From positions 2,542,001-2,606,000 of the forward strand of contig OX337235.1 in the NCBI GenBank assembly GCA_946965045.2: a DNA stretch of 64,000 nt, in the 5' to 3' direction. The position numbers were made by a program, and so were the translations under genes. The stretch comes from Epithemia pelagica. Its lineage: Eukaryota; Protista; Bacillariophyta. Positions within the stretch are counted from its first letter, which is position 1. Every line of letters begins with the position of its first letter. The notes under the pieces are model-generated. The model ran no database searches and was not told the origin of the DNA. It saw only the letters and a program-made list of their open reading frames with translations. Of this stretch, positions 43,461 through 53,734 are shown piece by piece.

Positions 43461-46256
43461 ATGAGAAACCACACATCGTCGGGGCAGCAAGACGATATGA
43501 GTTCACTCACCTCTGCCGAATATCCTCGTCTGCGACGCAGTGACCGACGACGACCGCACATGTTGCAAATGGCACAGCTAGCGGAGAATTTGGAAACAGC
43601 GTCCAACAACTCTTTGGTGCTGGATGTCGCACATACTACCAATCCTCAAAAGGGAACTACGAGTAGAAACACCCAAGGGCGTTCCATCGTCAAGTCAAGA
43701 GAGAGTACTTCCTTGGTTGCTGCAACTAATTCAGGATGTAAACCAGAATGGCTTGCAGATTGCAACGACATATACAGCATGGAAAATGGTATGGTTTGTA
43801 ATGACACTTCGGCAGTTGCTGCAGTTATCGCTGAGCCATGCGGAGAGAGACCAGGTGAAGCGAAACCAAAAAGCAGAAAAATGAAACAGACAAAGAAATC
43901 TGGGAATCTGGCGTTTCGAGATGAAAGTCGTCAACCAAGAAACGCTATTTCTCTCGAGAAGAAACAGAGCGCTGATAAAGCCACGAGGGAACCTGTCGAT
44001 CCTCCTCACAGCCCGACCATTGACTGGTGGATGCCTGCCATTAATGGTATAGTCTTGTCGTCGGGCGAGAAACAGCCAACGACTTCGAAACGTCAATCCC
44101 AAGAGAACGACGACATAGATCTTCCTTCGAATTCGATTGAAGATGGTCATACCGACGACTCAGACAGCGACGACACGTCCACACAGACGAGTACTCAGAT
44201 TAGCACACTAGTGAGCACTCAGGTAAACGAAATGGAGGTGACAACCATGTTGTGGAATATGCTACCCAACAGCCATTCCACGGAACTACTGTCTCTGGAC
44301 AAGGAATTTTCCAAGATGTTTCAAATGGGAGCACCGGACAAACAGGAGTCTCCTACATCCAACGACAAAGGAGCGCTCAATACGAAATCGTCGCAGTCCG
44401 TGGAGAGCGAGTCGGACACCTTCATGATATTTCAACACTACATTCCAGCGATTCATCCTGGTAGAGCATCAGCAAGAAGCAAGCGTCCCACAAAGCAAAA
44501 GGCTTTGGTGGACGAACAATCCGATGAAGACGACGACGAAGATGACAACGAGGTGGACAGAGAGCTTGCTCCAGCACCTCCGTTGACTTCCTCCCGCTCT
44601 GAAGGACAACCTTCTGCTTTGAAGAAGACCACGAGTCAAAAACCAAGTCATGGTGTGTCGTCTACAAAGGGTAGTTCTAGGAGAGGAAAACTGACCGTGA
44701 ATTCAAAATCAAGTGGGGGAAGCAAGAATACAAGAAGGGAAAGCTCTACCATGATCACCAGAAGGCAATCATTTCCGGGGCTGAAGAAAACGATGTCTAA
44801 CAGTGAAGCAAAGGACAGAGCCAGCACAATGAAAAAGATCATACCGTCTCGGGGGGTAATGAAAAACAGTTCAAACACTGAAAAGAAGTCAAGGATCTCA
44901 TCTCCGGGGCTGAAGAAATGCAAGTCAGAAGATGGTTATACGAAGCGTTTGTCACATCAGGAACTAAAGAACAGCAAGTCCACTGAAACTAGAGTCTCTC
45001 CAGCAAATGGCAAGGGTTCAATCATCCGATCTAAAAAAGCTGGAAAGTCAACTCCCGCGAGAAAAAATGCTTCCTGTAACAAATCGCGCCACCCTTTGCC
45101 AAAAAAGAATCGAGTTGGAATGTCGTCTTCTAGAGTAATACAGAAACGAAAATTCCAATCTAAAGAAAAGAGAGTCACCAGAGAGTCAGATAATGGATCT
45201 GATGCCGATGAAACAAAGATCCGCATACCAGACGTTCTTCCCCGGAGCTCATCATCAAAACAAAGAGGATATGCAGGGTCCAATGAAATTTACCAACCAT
45301 CGCAAAATGAAGATGCATCAACTTCCTCTATGGCACCGAACGCACCCATAGAGAAAAAAGAGGAAGAAGTGGAAACGCCACGAGTACGAAATCGGTTGGT
45401 GAGTCCGACAGATTCAATAACAAAACACTCTGACTCGTCGGAGGACAACAAACCACGACAGCTGCTCGAAAATGACGGCTCGTCAAGGACGAAGCTAGTT
45501 CGATTTGTTGAAGAAAAAAAGCAAGAAAACTACGACGATGCTACAAAAACAACAGATGGCACCGATGCATCCTCGTTCAGTAACTTGTCGAAATCATCTT
45601 TCGTGTTGTTTGAAGAAGCGGGAAACGTACTACAATGTGGAGAAGACAGTATTTCTGACATCCAAGTTGCTCGTAAAGACAACAAAGCATCAGCGAAACG
45701 GGGAGAAACTTGCATGCTTCCATTCGAGTTATTCCAAGACCAAGCCTCTGTCGTCCATATAGACGGTGTCTCAATGTCGTCGCACTCCGAACAATTGTCC
45801 TTGGCGGCCAGGTCCCAAGGTCTCCACCAAAAGCAACTTGGCAATATGTTCAGGTTTCGCAAGACATCGTTGAAAGGGCCACAAGAGGGGAAGTTTCCTT
45901 TTTCCTTCGACCGTTCTTGCATGAGCGGTGAGTCCCAAACTACACAGTTCGAATCAATACGCTTGTTGGCCGAAATGGAAGAAAACGAAAGTTTGTTGTG
46001 GTCGCAACTCGACTTCGTTATGGTTCCCGAAGATAAGCAAGGTAGTCATGGAGTCAACAGTTGCGGAGACCACGCGTTGGTCAGCTCACAAGGTTGCACG
46101 TGTGATGAAATGAAAGGTTCCATGATGAAGATGGTGAAACGGAATGGCCACCAATGTGATCAACAAAACTCATGTGACATGAACCATTCTGATGGTTCAG
46201 CTTTCAGTCTTCAACCGATGGGAACATTCCCGCTTTGGTGTGATGAAACTGACTAG
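43461..46256 (+). CDS. Large disordered K/S-rich protein, unknown function
   Basis: ORF open from 43374 to 46256, start placed at MRNHTS. Basic central region; no domain recognised. Confidence 0.68.
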   Translation: MRNHTSSGQQDDMSSLTSAEYPRLRRSDRRRPHMLQMAQLAENLETASNNSLVLDVAHTTNPQKGTTSRNTQGRSIVKSRESTSLVAATNSGCKPEWLADCNDIYSMENGMVCNDTSAVAAVIAEPCGERPGEAKPKSRKMKQTKKSGNLAFRDESRQPRNAISLEKKQSADKATREPVDPPHSPTIDWWMPAINGIVLSSGEKQPTTSKRQSQENDDIDLPSNSIEDGHTDDSDSDDTSTQTSTQISTLVSTQVNEMEVTTMLWNMLPNSHSTELLSLDKEFSKMFQMGAPDKQESPTSNDKGALNTKSSQSVESESDTFMIFQHYIPAIHPGRASARSKRPTKQKALVDEQSDEDDDEDDNEVDRELAPAPPLTSSRSEGQPSALKKTTSQKPSHGVSSTKGSSRRGKLTVNSKSSGGSKNTRRESSTMITRRQSFPGLKKTMSNSEAKDRASTMKKIIPSRGVMKNSSNTEKKSRISSPGLKKCKSEDGYTKRLSHQELKNSKSTETRVSPANGKGSIIRSKKAGKSTPARKNASCNKSRHPLPKKNRVGMSSSRVIQKRKFQSKEKRVTRESDNGSDADETKIRIPDVLPRSSSSKQRGYAGSNEIYQPSQNEDASTSSMAPNAPIEKKEEEVETPRVRNRLVSPTDSITKHSDSSEDNKPRQLLENDGSSRTKLVRFVEEKKQENYDDATKTTDGTDASSFSNLSKSSFVLFEEAGNVLQCGEDSISDIQVARKDNKASAKRGETCMLPFELFQDQASVVHIDGVSMSSHSEQLSLAARSQGLHQKQLGNMFRFRKTSLKGPQEGKFPFSFDRSCMSGESQTTQFESIRLLAEMEENESLLWSQLDFVMVPEDKQGSHGVNSCGDHALVSSQGCTCDEMKGSMMKMVKRNGHQCDQQNSCDMNHSDGSAFSLQPMGTFPLWCDETD

Positions 46257-46410
46257 TTTACATGCGCTTGAATGCAGTCATGCTTTTTGTTGCATCTTCA
46301 TTGTTGCAACCGTTTCTGCAAGTTATTCATGACAGCGAGGGACCAGGACACGATTCAATGCATATACTGGGCTTATTCATTATAGCCTGTCCTTTATACT
46401 TCACTGACCC

Positions 46411-46554
46411 TATGCTGAGAATGCGTATCTTCTATTGGCTGTATTTAGTTGTACGATGTGACCTGTGATCAGAGTCCAATACCATATGCTGAGAATGAGT
46501 GTCTTGTATTAGCTGTATTCAGTTGTATGATGTGATCAGTGATCAGTGTCAAAT
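46411..46554. repeat. Diverged 74-bp tandem duplication between convergent 3' ends
   Basis: tatgctgagaatg...gctgtatt.agttgta.gatgtga...gtgatcag occurs at 46411 and 46485. Confidence 0.85.
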
Positions 46555-46608
46555 TTACAAAAGTCTAATTTCTTTGTGGATTGGTTGTCAAACCACAGCT
46601 TTCCTGCT

Positions 46609-49600
46609 TTAAGCGCCTTCTGGTTCAGCCCACGACATTTTCTTGAAAGACCTTGAACCGTTCCCAGCTTTGGGAGTTGATGCCGACTTCTGGAAATAGT
46701 CCATTCGACCACCCCATTCAACTTCCATTTCCCCGAGATCATTGAGAACAAAACCTGTATGTGCTGCACTTGCAGTATTCATTTCGAGGAAGCCGTTTCC
46801 ATCAGCTGTTGTCCGTTTTCGAATAAAACCGTGATCGTCTAATTGTTCCTTTCCGTTGTTGTCGTAGCTAGTGTCGCTGAAACAACTTATTGCATTGACT
46901 GCTGAATAACGTGGTATTCGGGGCACTGGACGACCCGGTGCTGCCCCGCCTTCGTTGTTGCTTCCTCGAGTTTCCAAAGATGCTCGAGTTGATTTGTTTT
47001 TCTGATAGTTCCATGGCATCGTCGGTATATGGTGACTCCAAGGCTTTTCCTCTGGTTCCGATCTTGAACGACTTGGATCAAAATATGAATCCGGAGAACT
47101 GAGAGCACTACTGCTACTGGTCGAAGAATTTGATGCACCAAGATTGAAGTCTGTTGCTGAGTTTGCGAACGGTAGACCATGAAGCTCAGATGCGGATGAC
47201 CCTTCAGAGGAAGTTTTGTTGGTAGAAGATCCAGAGCCAGCGGAGTAAACGATAGAATCAGATCTATCTAAAATTGATGCGGTGAATATTGGTTGCTGTG
47301 TTGCAGGATTTCTATACACTGTGGGCGTAGGAGAAACGAAGCCGAACGGATCCCCTTGTCCTTTGTATATATACTCTTGTTCATCGGCTTGTTTCTCCGG
47401 GTCACCCCTCCCCTTGTAGATAAATTCCTCATTTGGTGACGGGAACTTAGATTTCGCCGAATCAGGGTCAGTTTCATGGAAATCAAGCCATGATTCTGGT
47501 TCATGTTCAATAGGAACTGTTGTTTTGGCAACTGGAGTAACAGGTAGGTAAGGGTCATCCGAAGATGGGGGAGGATCATAGGTGAAAATCTCCATGTCAC
47601 CTTTCTCGATTTTACGAGTTTTGGCATTATCCTCTTCAAAGAATAGAACATTCGATGCCTCAGATTCATCGTCTTTTACTTCTTCCACTCCTTTAGGTAT
47701 TCCTCTTCTTCTTCTTGTGACCAAAACCGCAACGACTGTCGCCACTGCCACTGCAGCAAATCCACCACCAATGACAACAGCCAACGGGATGCCTTCAGAT
47801 GTTTGTGATGCTTCGACATCTGTCGAAATTGGTGGGATTGTGTCCTGCACTGTCGGGAAGAATTCAGTGTTCTCTCCCAAGATGTTTTGCAGGTCGTCCG
47901 TGAATGACTGAAATGTCTCCTCAACGATGGATGCAAATTCCTCACCTGGTGGCAACTCCACTGTTGCTTCAACCTTAAGATATATATCCACGGATGCAGT
48001 TGCGATGACAACAACAGCACTCTGCTGTTCGAGCTTCCGCTGTCTTCGTGTGTCATCGCGCAAAATTTGCTGCACAACAACGCATGAAATATTTGTGTAA
48101 TTGAAACTGGCAGGTAAAAACGATGGAAGAAAGTCTGTAGCGATTGCGTTCTCGAATTGATCAATAGTATTTTCATCCATCAGTCCAGCTCTGTTCGAGT
48201 TTAGAGTGGCTGCAACAATGGGGGTCCGGGATGGAGGAGCAGAGGGACTTTCTGAAGGCACATTTGTCGGAAGACTAGACGGTTCTGATGAGGGAATAGA
48301 TGACGGAATCTGACTTGGCAAGCTGCTTGGAACAGATGATGGGCTGGATGTCGGAATGGAACTAGGGATATCTGAAGGCGAACTGGACGGAGTAGAAGAC
48401 GGAGACGAGCTGGGAACATCACTCGGGGAACGACTTGGAACCGAACTCGGTTGTGAACTCGGGCTGCGACTAGGAGAGGTTGATGGCGAGGATGATGGAT
48501 TCGTAGAAGGAGAAGAACTTGGGGAGCTGCTCGGCGAAACAGAAGGTGCATCGCTTGGAGAAGAGCTTGGTGTTGCACTCGGCTGTCCACTAGGACTGGA
48601 GCTTGGCGACAGAGATGGTTGTGATGACGGAGTCGACGTGGGTGACGAACTGGGTTCACTACTAGGTACCGCTGAAGGCTGTGAACTTGGAGATGCACTT
48701 GGCGCCATGGAAGGTTGCGACGAAGGTCGTAGACTTGGAGTCGACGATGGTGATGAACTTGGAGCACTACTGGGCATCTCCGAAGGCTGCGAGCTTGGAC
48801 TTGAACTCGGAATCTCACTAGGCGAAGAGCTCGGGCTTGCGCTCGGAACCATCGAAGGTTGGGACGAGGGCATTAGACTTGGACTAGATGACGGCGAAGA
48901 ACTTGGTTCACTACTCGGCATCACCGACGGTTGTGAAGTAGGAGATCCACTCGGACTTGCACTGGGAGAGGTCGACGGTTGTGACGATGGCTGTAAACTT
49001 GGGGTCGATGAGGGTGAGGAACTAGGTACATCACTTGGAACCATCGAAGGCTGTGAGCTTGGCTCCTTACTAGGAGATCCACTGGGCGACGAACTTGGAC
49101 TTGCACTGGGAGACGTCGACGGATGAGATGATGGTGCAGCACTCGGGGTCGATGAGGGTGAAGAAGTAGGTACATCACTTGGAACCATCGAAGGCTGTGA
49201 GCTTGGTTCCGTACTAGGAGATCCGCTTGGAGAGGCGCTTGGACTTGCACTGGGAGAGGTCGACGGTTGAGATGATGGTGCAGCACTAGGGGCCGATGAG
49301 GGTGAAGAACTGGGTACATCACTTGGAACCATCGAAGGCTGTGAGCTTGGTTCCGTACTAGGAGATCCGCTTGGAGAGGCGCTTGGACTTGCACTGGGAG
49401 AGGTCGACGGTTGCGATGATGGAACATTACTCGGGGTCGATGAGGGTGAAGAAGTAGGTACATCACTTGGAACCATCGAAGGCTGCGAGCTTGGTTCCGT
49501 ACTAGGAGATCCGCTGGGAGAGGCACTTGGACTTGTACTTGGAGAGGTCGACGGTTGAGATGATGGAACATCACTCGGGGCCGATGAGGGTGAAGAACTA

Positions 49601-52352
49601 GGTACATCACTTGGAACCATCGAAGGCTGTGAGCTTGGTTCCGTACTAGGAGATCCGCTTGGAGCAGCGCTTGGACTTGCACTGGGAGAGGTCGACGGTT
49701 GAGATGATGGTGCAGCACTAGGGGCCGATGAGGGTGAAGAACTGGGTACATCACTTGGAACCATCGAAGGCTGTGAGCTTGGTTCCGTACTAGGAGATCC
49801 GCTTGGAGAGGCGCTTGGACTTGTACTGGGAGACGTCGACGGTTGCGATGATGGAACATCACTCGGGACCGATGAGGGTGAAGAACTTGGCAGAGTACTG
49901 GGCAGCACTGATGGTTGTGAACTTGGGCTCGAGCTGGGAGTTTCACTTGGAGAAGAACTGGGAGTGACACTTGGTGCCATCGAGGGCTGCGATGATGGAA
50001 GACCACTGGGGGACGACGTGGGAGATGAACTGGGCATACTGGTGGGCGTCATTGATGGCTGCGAACTTGGTCTCAAACTGGGCGCTCCACTAGGAGAAGA
50101 ACTGGGAGTGGCGCTTGGTGCCATCGAAGGTTGCGATGATGGAACAACACTAGGGGACAACGTGGGCGATGAACTTGGAACATCGCTGGGTAGCACAGAT
50201 GGTTGTGAGCTTGGGTTCAAGCTGGGCCTTTCACTCGGAGAAGAACTGGGATTGACACTCGGTGCAATAGAAGGCTGGTCCGTTGGACTTAAACTTGGAA
50301 CGTCACTTGGAGAAGAAGTAGGGTTCGTAGTCGGTGAGACAGAAGGCTCCAACGATGGACTGGAGCTCGGCGTTTCACTCGGAGAAGAGCTGGGTGAGAC
50401 ACTTGGTGCCATGGATGGTTGGTCCGTTGGACTTGAACTAGGAACATCACTTGGAGAAGAAGTAGGGTTCCGGCTCGGTGAGACGGACGGCTCCGATGAT
50501 GGACTCGAGCTGGGAGCATCTGTAGGTGACGAGCTGGGTACCACTGAAGGATGTGAGCTAGGAGTTTCACTGGGACTTTCGCTTGGATTTCTGCTCGGAG
50601 ATTGAGAGGGCTGTGACGTCGGAACGAGACTTGGTGCTGCTGATGGTGTTGAGCTTGGCTGACTACTGGGAATGGCCGAAGGCTGCGAACTTGGGCTTGA
50701 GCTGGGTGTGTTGCTTGGACCGGATGTTGGATTTCTACTCGGCGATGAACTAGGAGAGGAACTCGGTGCGAGAGACGGTTTTGATGTGGGTTGAAAACTT
50801 GGTTCGCCACTTGGCATATGGGATGGTCTAGAGCTGGGGCTTTCGCTTGGGGCCGCTGTCGGTCCGTTACTTGGTGAAGATGACGGGTTCGATGATGGTG
50901 TCACACTCGGGACTTCACTGGGACTCTCGCTTGGGTTCCTGCTTGGTTGAGAGCTCGGAATTGATGACGGCTGAAACGTCGGTTCATCGCTCGGACTTAC
51001 ACTGGGCAAGGAGCTTGGTACACTACTTGGTTCATCGCTAGGCGAAACACTCGGGGTACGACTTGGTGATGAGCTCGGATTCAATGACGGATGGGAGCTA
51101 GGTGTTGAGGTTGGTACATCACTTGGTGAACCGGAAGGATTCGACGTCGGGACATCCGATGGGCTCTCGCTGGGCATAACGCTAGGACTCAGACTGGGGC
51201 TGCCACTGGGATGGGCGCTCGGAGAAAGACTGGGAAACTGGCTTGGTGATATACTCGGTCGAGCAGAAGGTTGTGCCGATGGTCTCACACTCGGTGTCGC
51301 ACTGGGCGAAGCCGAGGGAAACCTGCTCAAACTTGGCTGGTTGGAAGGCCCCATGCTTGGAAACGGGGACACACCTGGCGCTGTGCTCGGAGAAACACTT
51401 GGTCTGGTCGAAGGTGATACTGTTGGTGAATCTGTAGGTGATTGAGTTGGTCTCTTGGACGGGGCACTGCTAGGGGTTGCCGTGGGGAGCGCACTGGGAA
51501 CCATAGTAGGGAGGCTGCTCGGCACAGTACTGGGCTCCAATGTTGTTGTTGTTGTTGATACTGTGCTGTCATCTTGTGTCAGGCTTGACGGCGTCGTTGG
51601 TGTCCAACTGGGCCGATTGGATGGTTCGGCACTGGTCGACGGCTCATTCGTAGATGGAGCAGTGCTGCTGGGAACCGTGGATGGAAGCAAACTAAAAGAA
51701 GGCATCTGGGACACGGAGGGTGCTAAACGCTGCGACGGTGCTGTTGTTGTTTGCGCCGTTCTCACCAAGATTGGTGCATTGGTTTGTTGGTTGGGTGTGG
51801 AAGGATTATTTGTTGTAGATTGTGTGGGCGCAAGCGTACCACGGGTTGGGTACAATGTGGGATCGTCAGTGGGTCGTTTCGATGGGTGTGCACTGGGAAA
51901 ATTACTGGGAAACGACGAAGTAGAGGGTGTCGAGGATGGTATCATGGACGGAAACGATGACGAGCTCGGTTCCGCGGAAGGCCATGTTGAAGGTTGCTGC
52001 GTTGTTGTTGATGATTCATCAGCTGCTCGTCTCACGGAAGAAGACCTTAGGGATCTCGATCCTGCAGTTCTACTATTACTTGCTGTTGGTGGTGTTTGAG
52101 TTGTTACTGCTGCAGCGTCGGTCCTGTCTCTCCGTCGAGTATCCTGTCTGTAATTCGAGTTGTTTGGTATTCTGAATGAAAGTCTAGTAGGCAAAAGCGG
52201 CGTTGTCAAATATGGTGATTGTGAGAATGGAATCCTCTCGTTTCTCGTAGTTGTGGTCCATGTACAACTCACCTCCAATGTTCTTCATTGGCACTACAAC
52301 CACGAATAGAAAATCCACAGAGGATTAGAAAACTAAATAACTGCAATTCCAT
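46609..52352 (-). CDS. Giant mucin/extensin-like PSxxPS-repeat type I membrane protein, 2 exons: 52352-52273, 52147-46609
   Basis: Exon 1 gives signal peptide MELQLFSFLILCGFSIRGCSA, joined via GT-AG intron 52272-52148. It is followed by >1000 aa of PSxxPS repeats, a juxtamembrane domain containing RRQRKLE, TM IPLAVVIGGGFAAVAVATVVAVLV-RRRR and a long cytoplasmic tail. Confidence 0.85.
49031..49894. repeat. 144-bp (48-aa) higher-order tandem repeat, ~6 units
   Basis: tcacttggaaccatcgaaggctg recurs at 49031, 49175, 49319, 49463, 49607 and 49751. Confidence 0.95.
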
Positions 52353-52858
52353 TTTTGACTTGTCTCTTTGTAGAAACAAAGAAGGAATATGTATTGGTAG
52401 TGAGAATGATGGATGATGGAGTATGGTGTCTCAACCAGGACAGTCAGTCAAGATCAATCAAGCATTCAAGTTGGAGAGAGAGAGACTCAACAAAATTGCT
52501 GCATACCAAGAAGGAGAAGGAGTGTGCGATACACTCTCCGCAATGATGTTCTCTTCTCGGCCATGTATTCGTTGGAGCGTCAATGGCTCCCAGTCATTCA
52601 ATTCCGCCCCATCGCTTGTTTCGGTAATCGATACCATTTTGTGGGTGATTGGCGATCCCCGCCACCACCCACGCGCGCGTGGGGTATTCTAAATAGGTTT
52701 CGTCAACGGCTGGTCCCGCCAAGCAACGGAAACCTGGTGTAGGGAGACTCGTGTTCGTGGGGTGTAATTTAGTACTGCCCCATGCAGATTCGCTTTCTGT
52801 TCCGTTTGATCTTGGTCTTGGAAGAGTCCACGAAACGGGACATGCACAAAATGCTGCT

Positions 52859-53213
52859 TTGCTCACATTTTGCAGGACTCATGGCGCAACTCTCCTCTTC
52901 TTGCATGGAAAAACAAGGATGATCAATGGTTTTTTCTCGTATACAGGAATAGGAACACTCACTTCTTTTGGATACACGGAGCACGTTAACGAGCTCGACA
53001 AAGGACGCAAGATCGAATCAAGAGCGTTCAACTCCAACTATTGCTCACATTTTGCAGGACTCATGGCGCATCTTGCATGAAAAACAAGGATGATCCATGG
53101 TTTTCTCTCGTATACAGGAATAGGAACACTCACTTCTTCTTTTGGATACACGGAGCACGTTAACGAGCTCGACAAAGGACACAAGATCGAATCAAGAACG
53201 TTCAACTCCAACT
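52859..53213. repeat. Intergenic tandem duplication, 182-bp period, 2 copies
   Basis: ttgctcacattttgcaggactcatggcgca...ttcaactccaact occurs at 52859 and 53041, with small indels. Confidence 0.93.
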
Positions 53214-53734
53214 TTTATCGCACTTTGTTATGGTGGCTAGGTAGTGCCCCACTCTAGTACACCCCATTTTGGAAACACTTCCACAGCACAACGATTTCTA
53301 GTGTTGCAGTACTGTATGACATGACAAAAGTGATGGTGAACCAATTGCTTATTTTCACATGACGGAATATACACAATCAATGGATTTTTTGGCCACACAA
53401 TTCGTTCTATAGAACAATGGATATTTTGTCCGCACAATTCGTTCTATAACCTGAACAGTTTCTCATGTTGCAATTGTTTGTTTTACATTCCCTTCTCCTC
53501 TGTGGCAATGGCACAGGAGGTACGCTTGACATCCTTCTTGCCGGTCCGGACGACAGCAGACGGTTGCCGATGACAACATATCCGGGTTACTTTGTTACCG
53601 ACAAACCATAGCGATGGCGACGATAGCAAAAGACCCAAGACATTCAAAAGTTCCTGCAGCGGCCGTTCTTGTACACGAGAATAGAGACCATCCACAAGAC
53701 CTACACAGGAGAATCCGACTCGTCATTACCAACC

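Noticed and set aside
49031-49894. Regularly spaced repeats as a possible CRISPR-like array
   Set aside because: Contiguous 144-bp coding units without unique spacers, in eukaryotic context with no cas genes.
48201-52099. Long alternative-frame ORFs such as 48356-49126, 49964-50605 and 51455-52099 (+, GLELGDxDG-rich) and 48921-50006 (-)
   Set aside because: Antisense or shifted-frame shadows of the PS-repeat coding sequence, with no independent start or domain.
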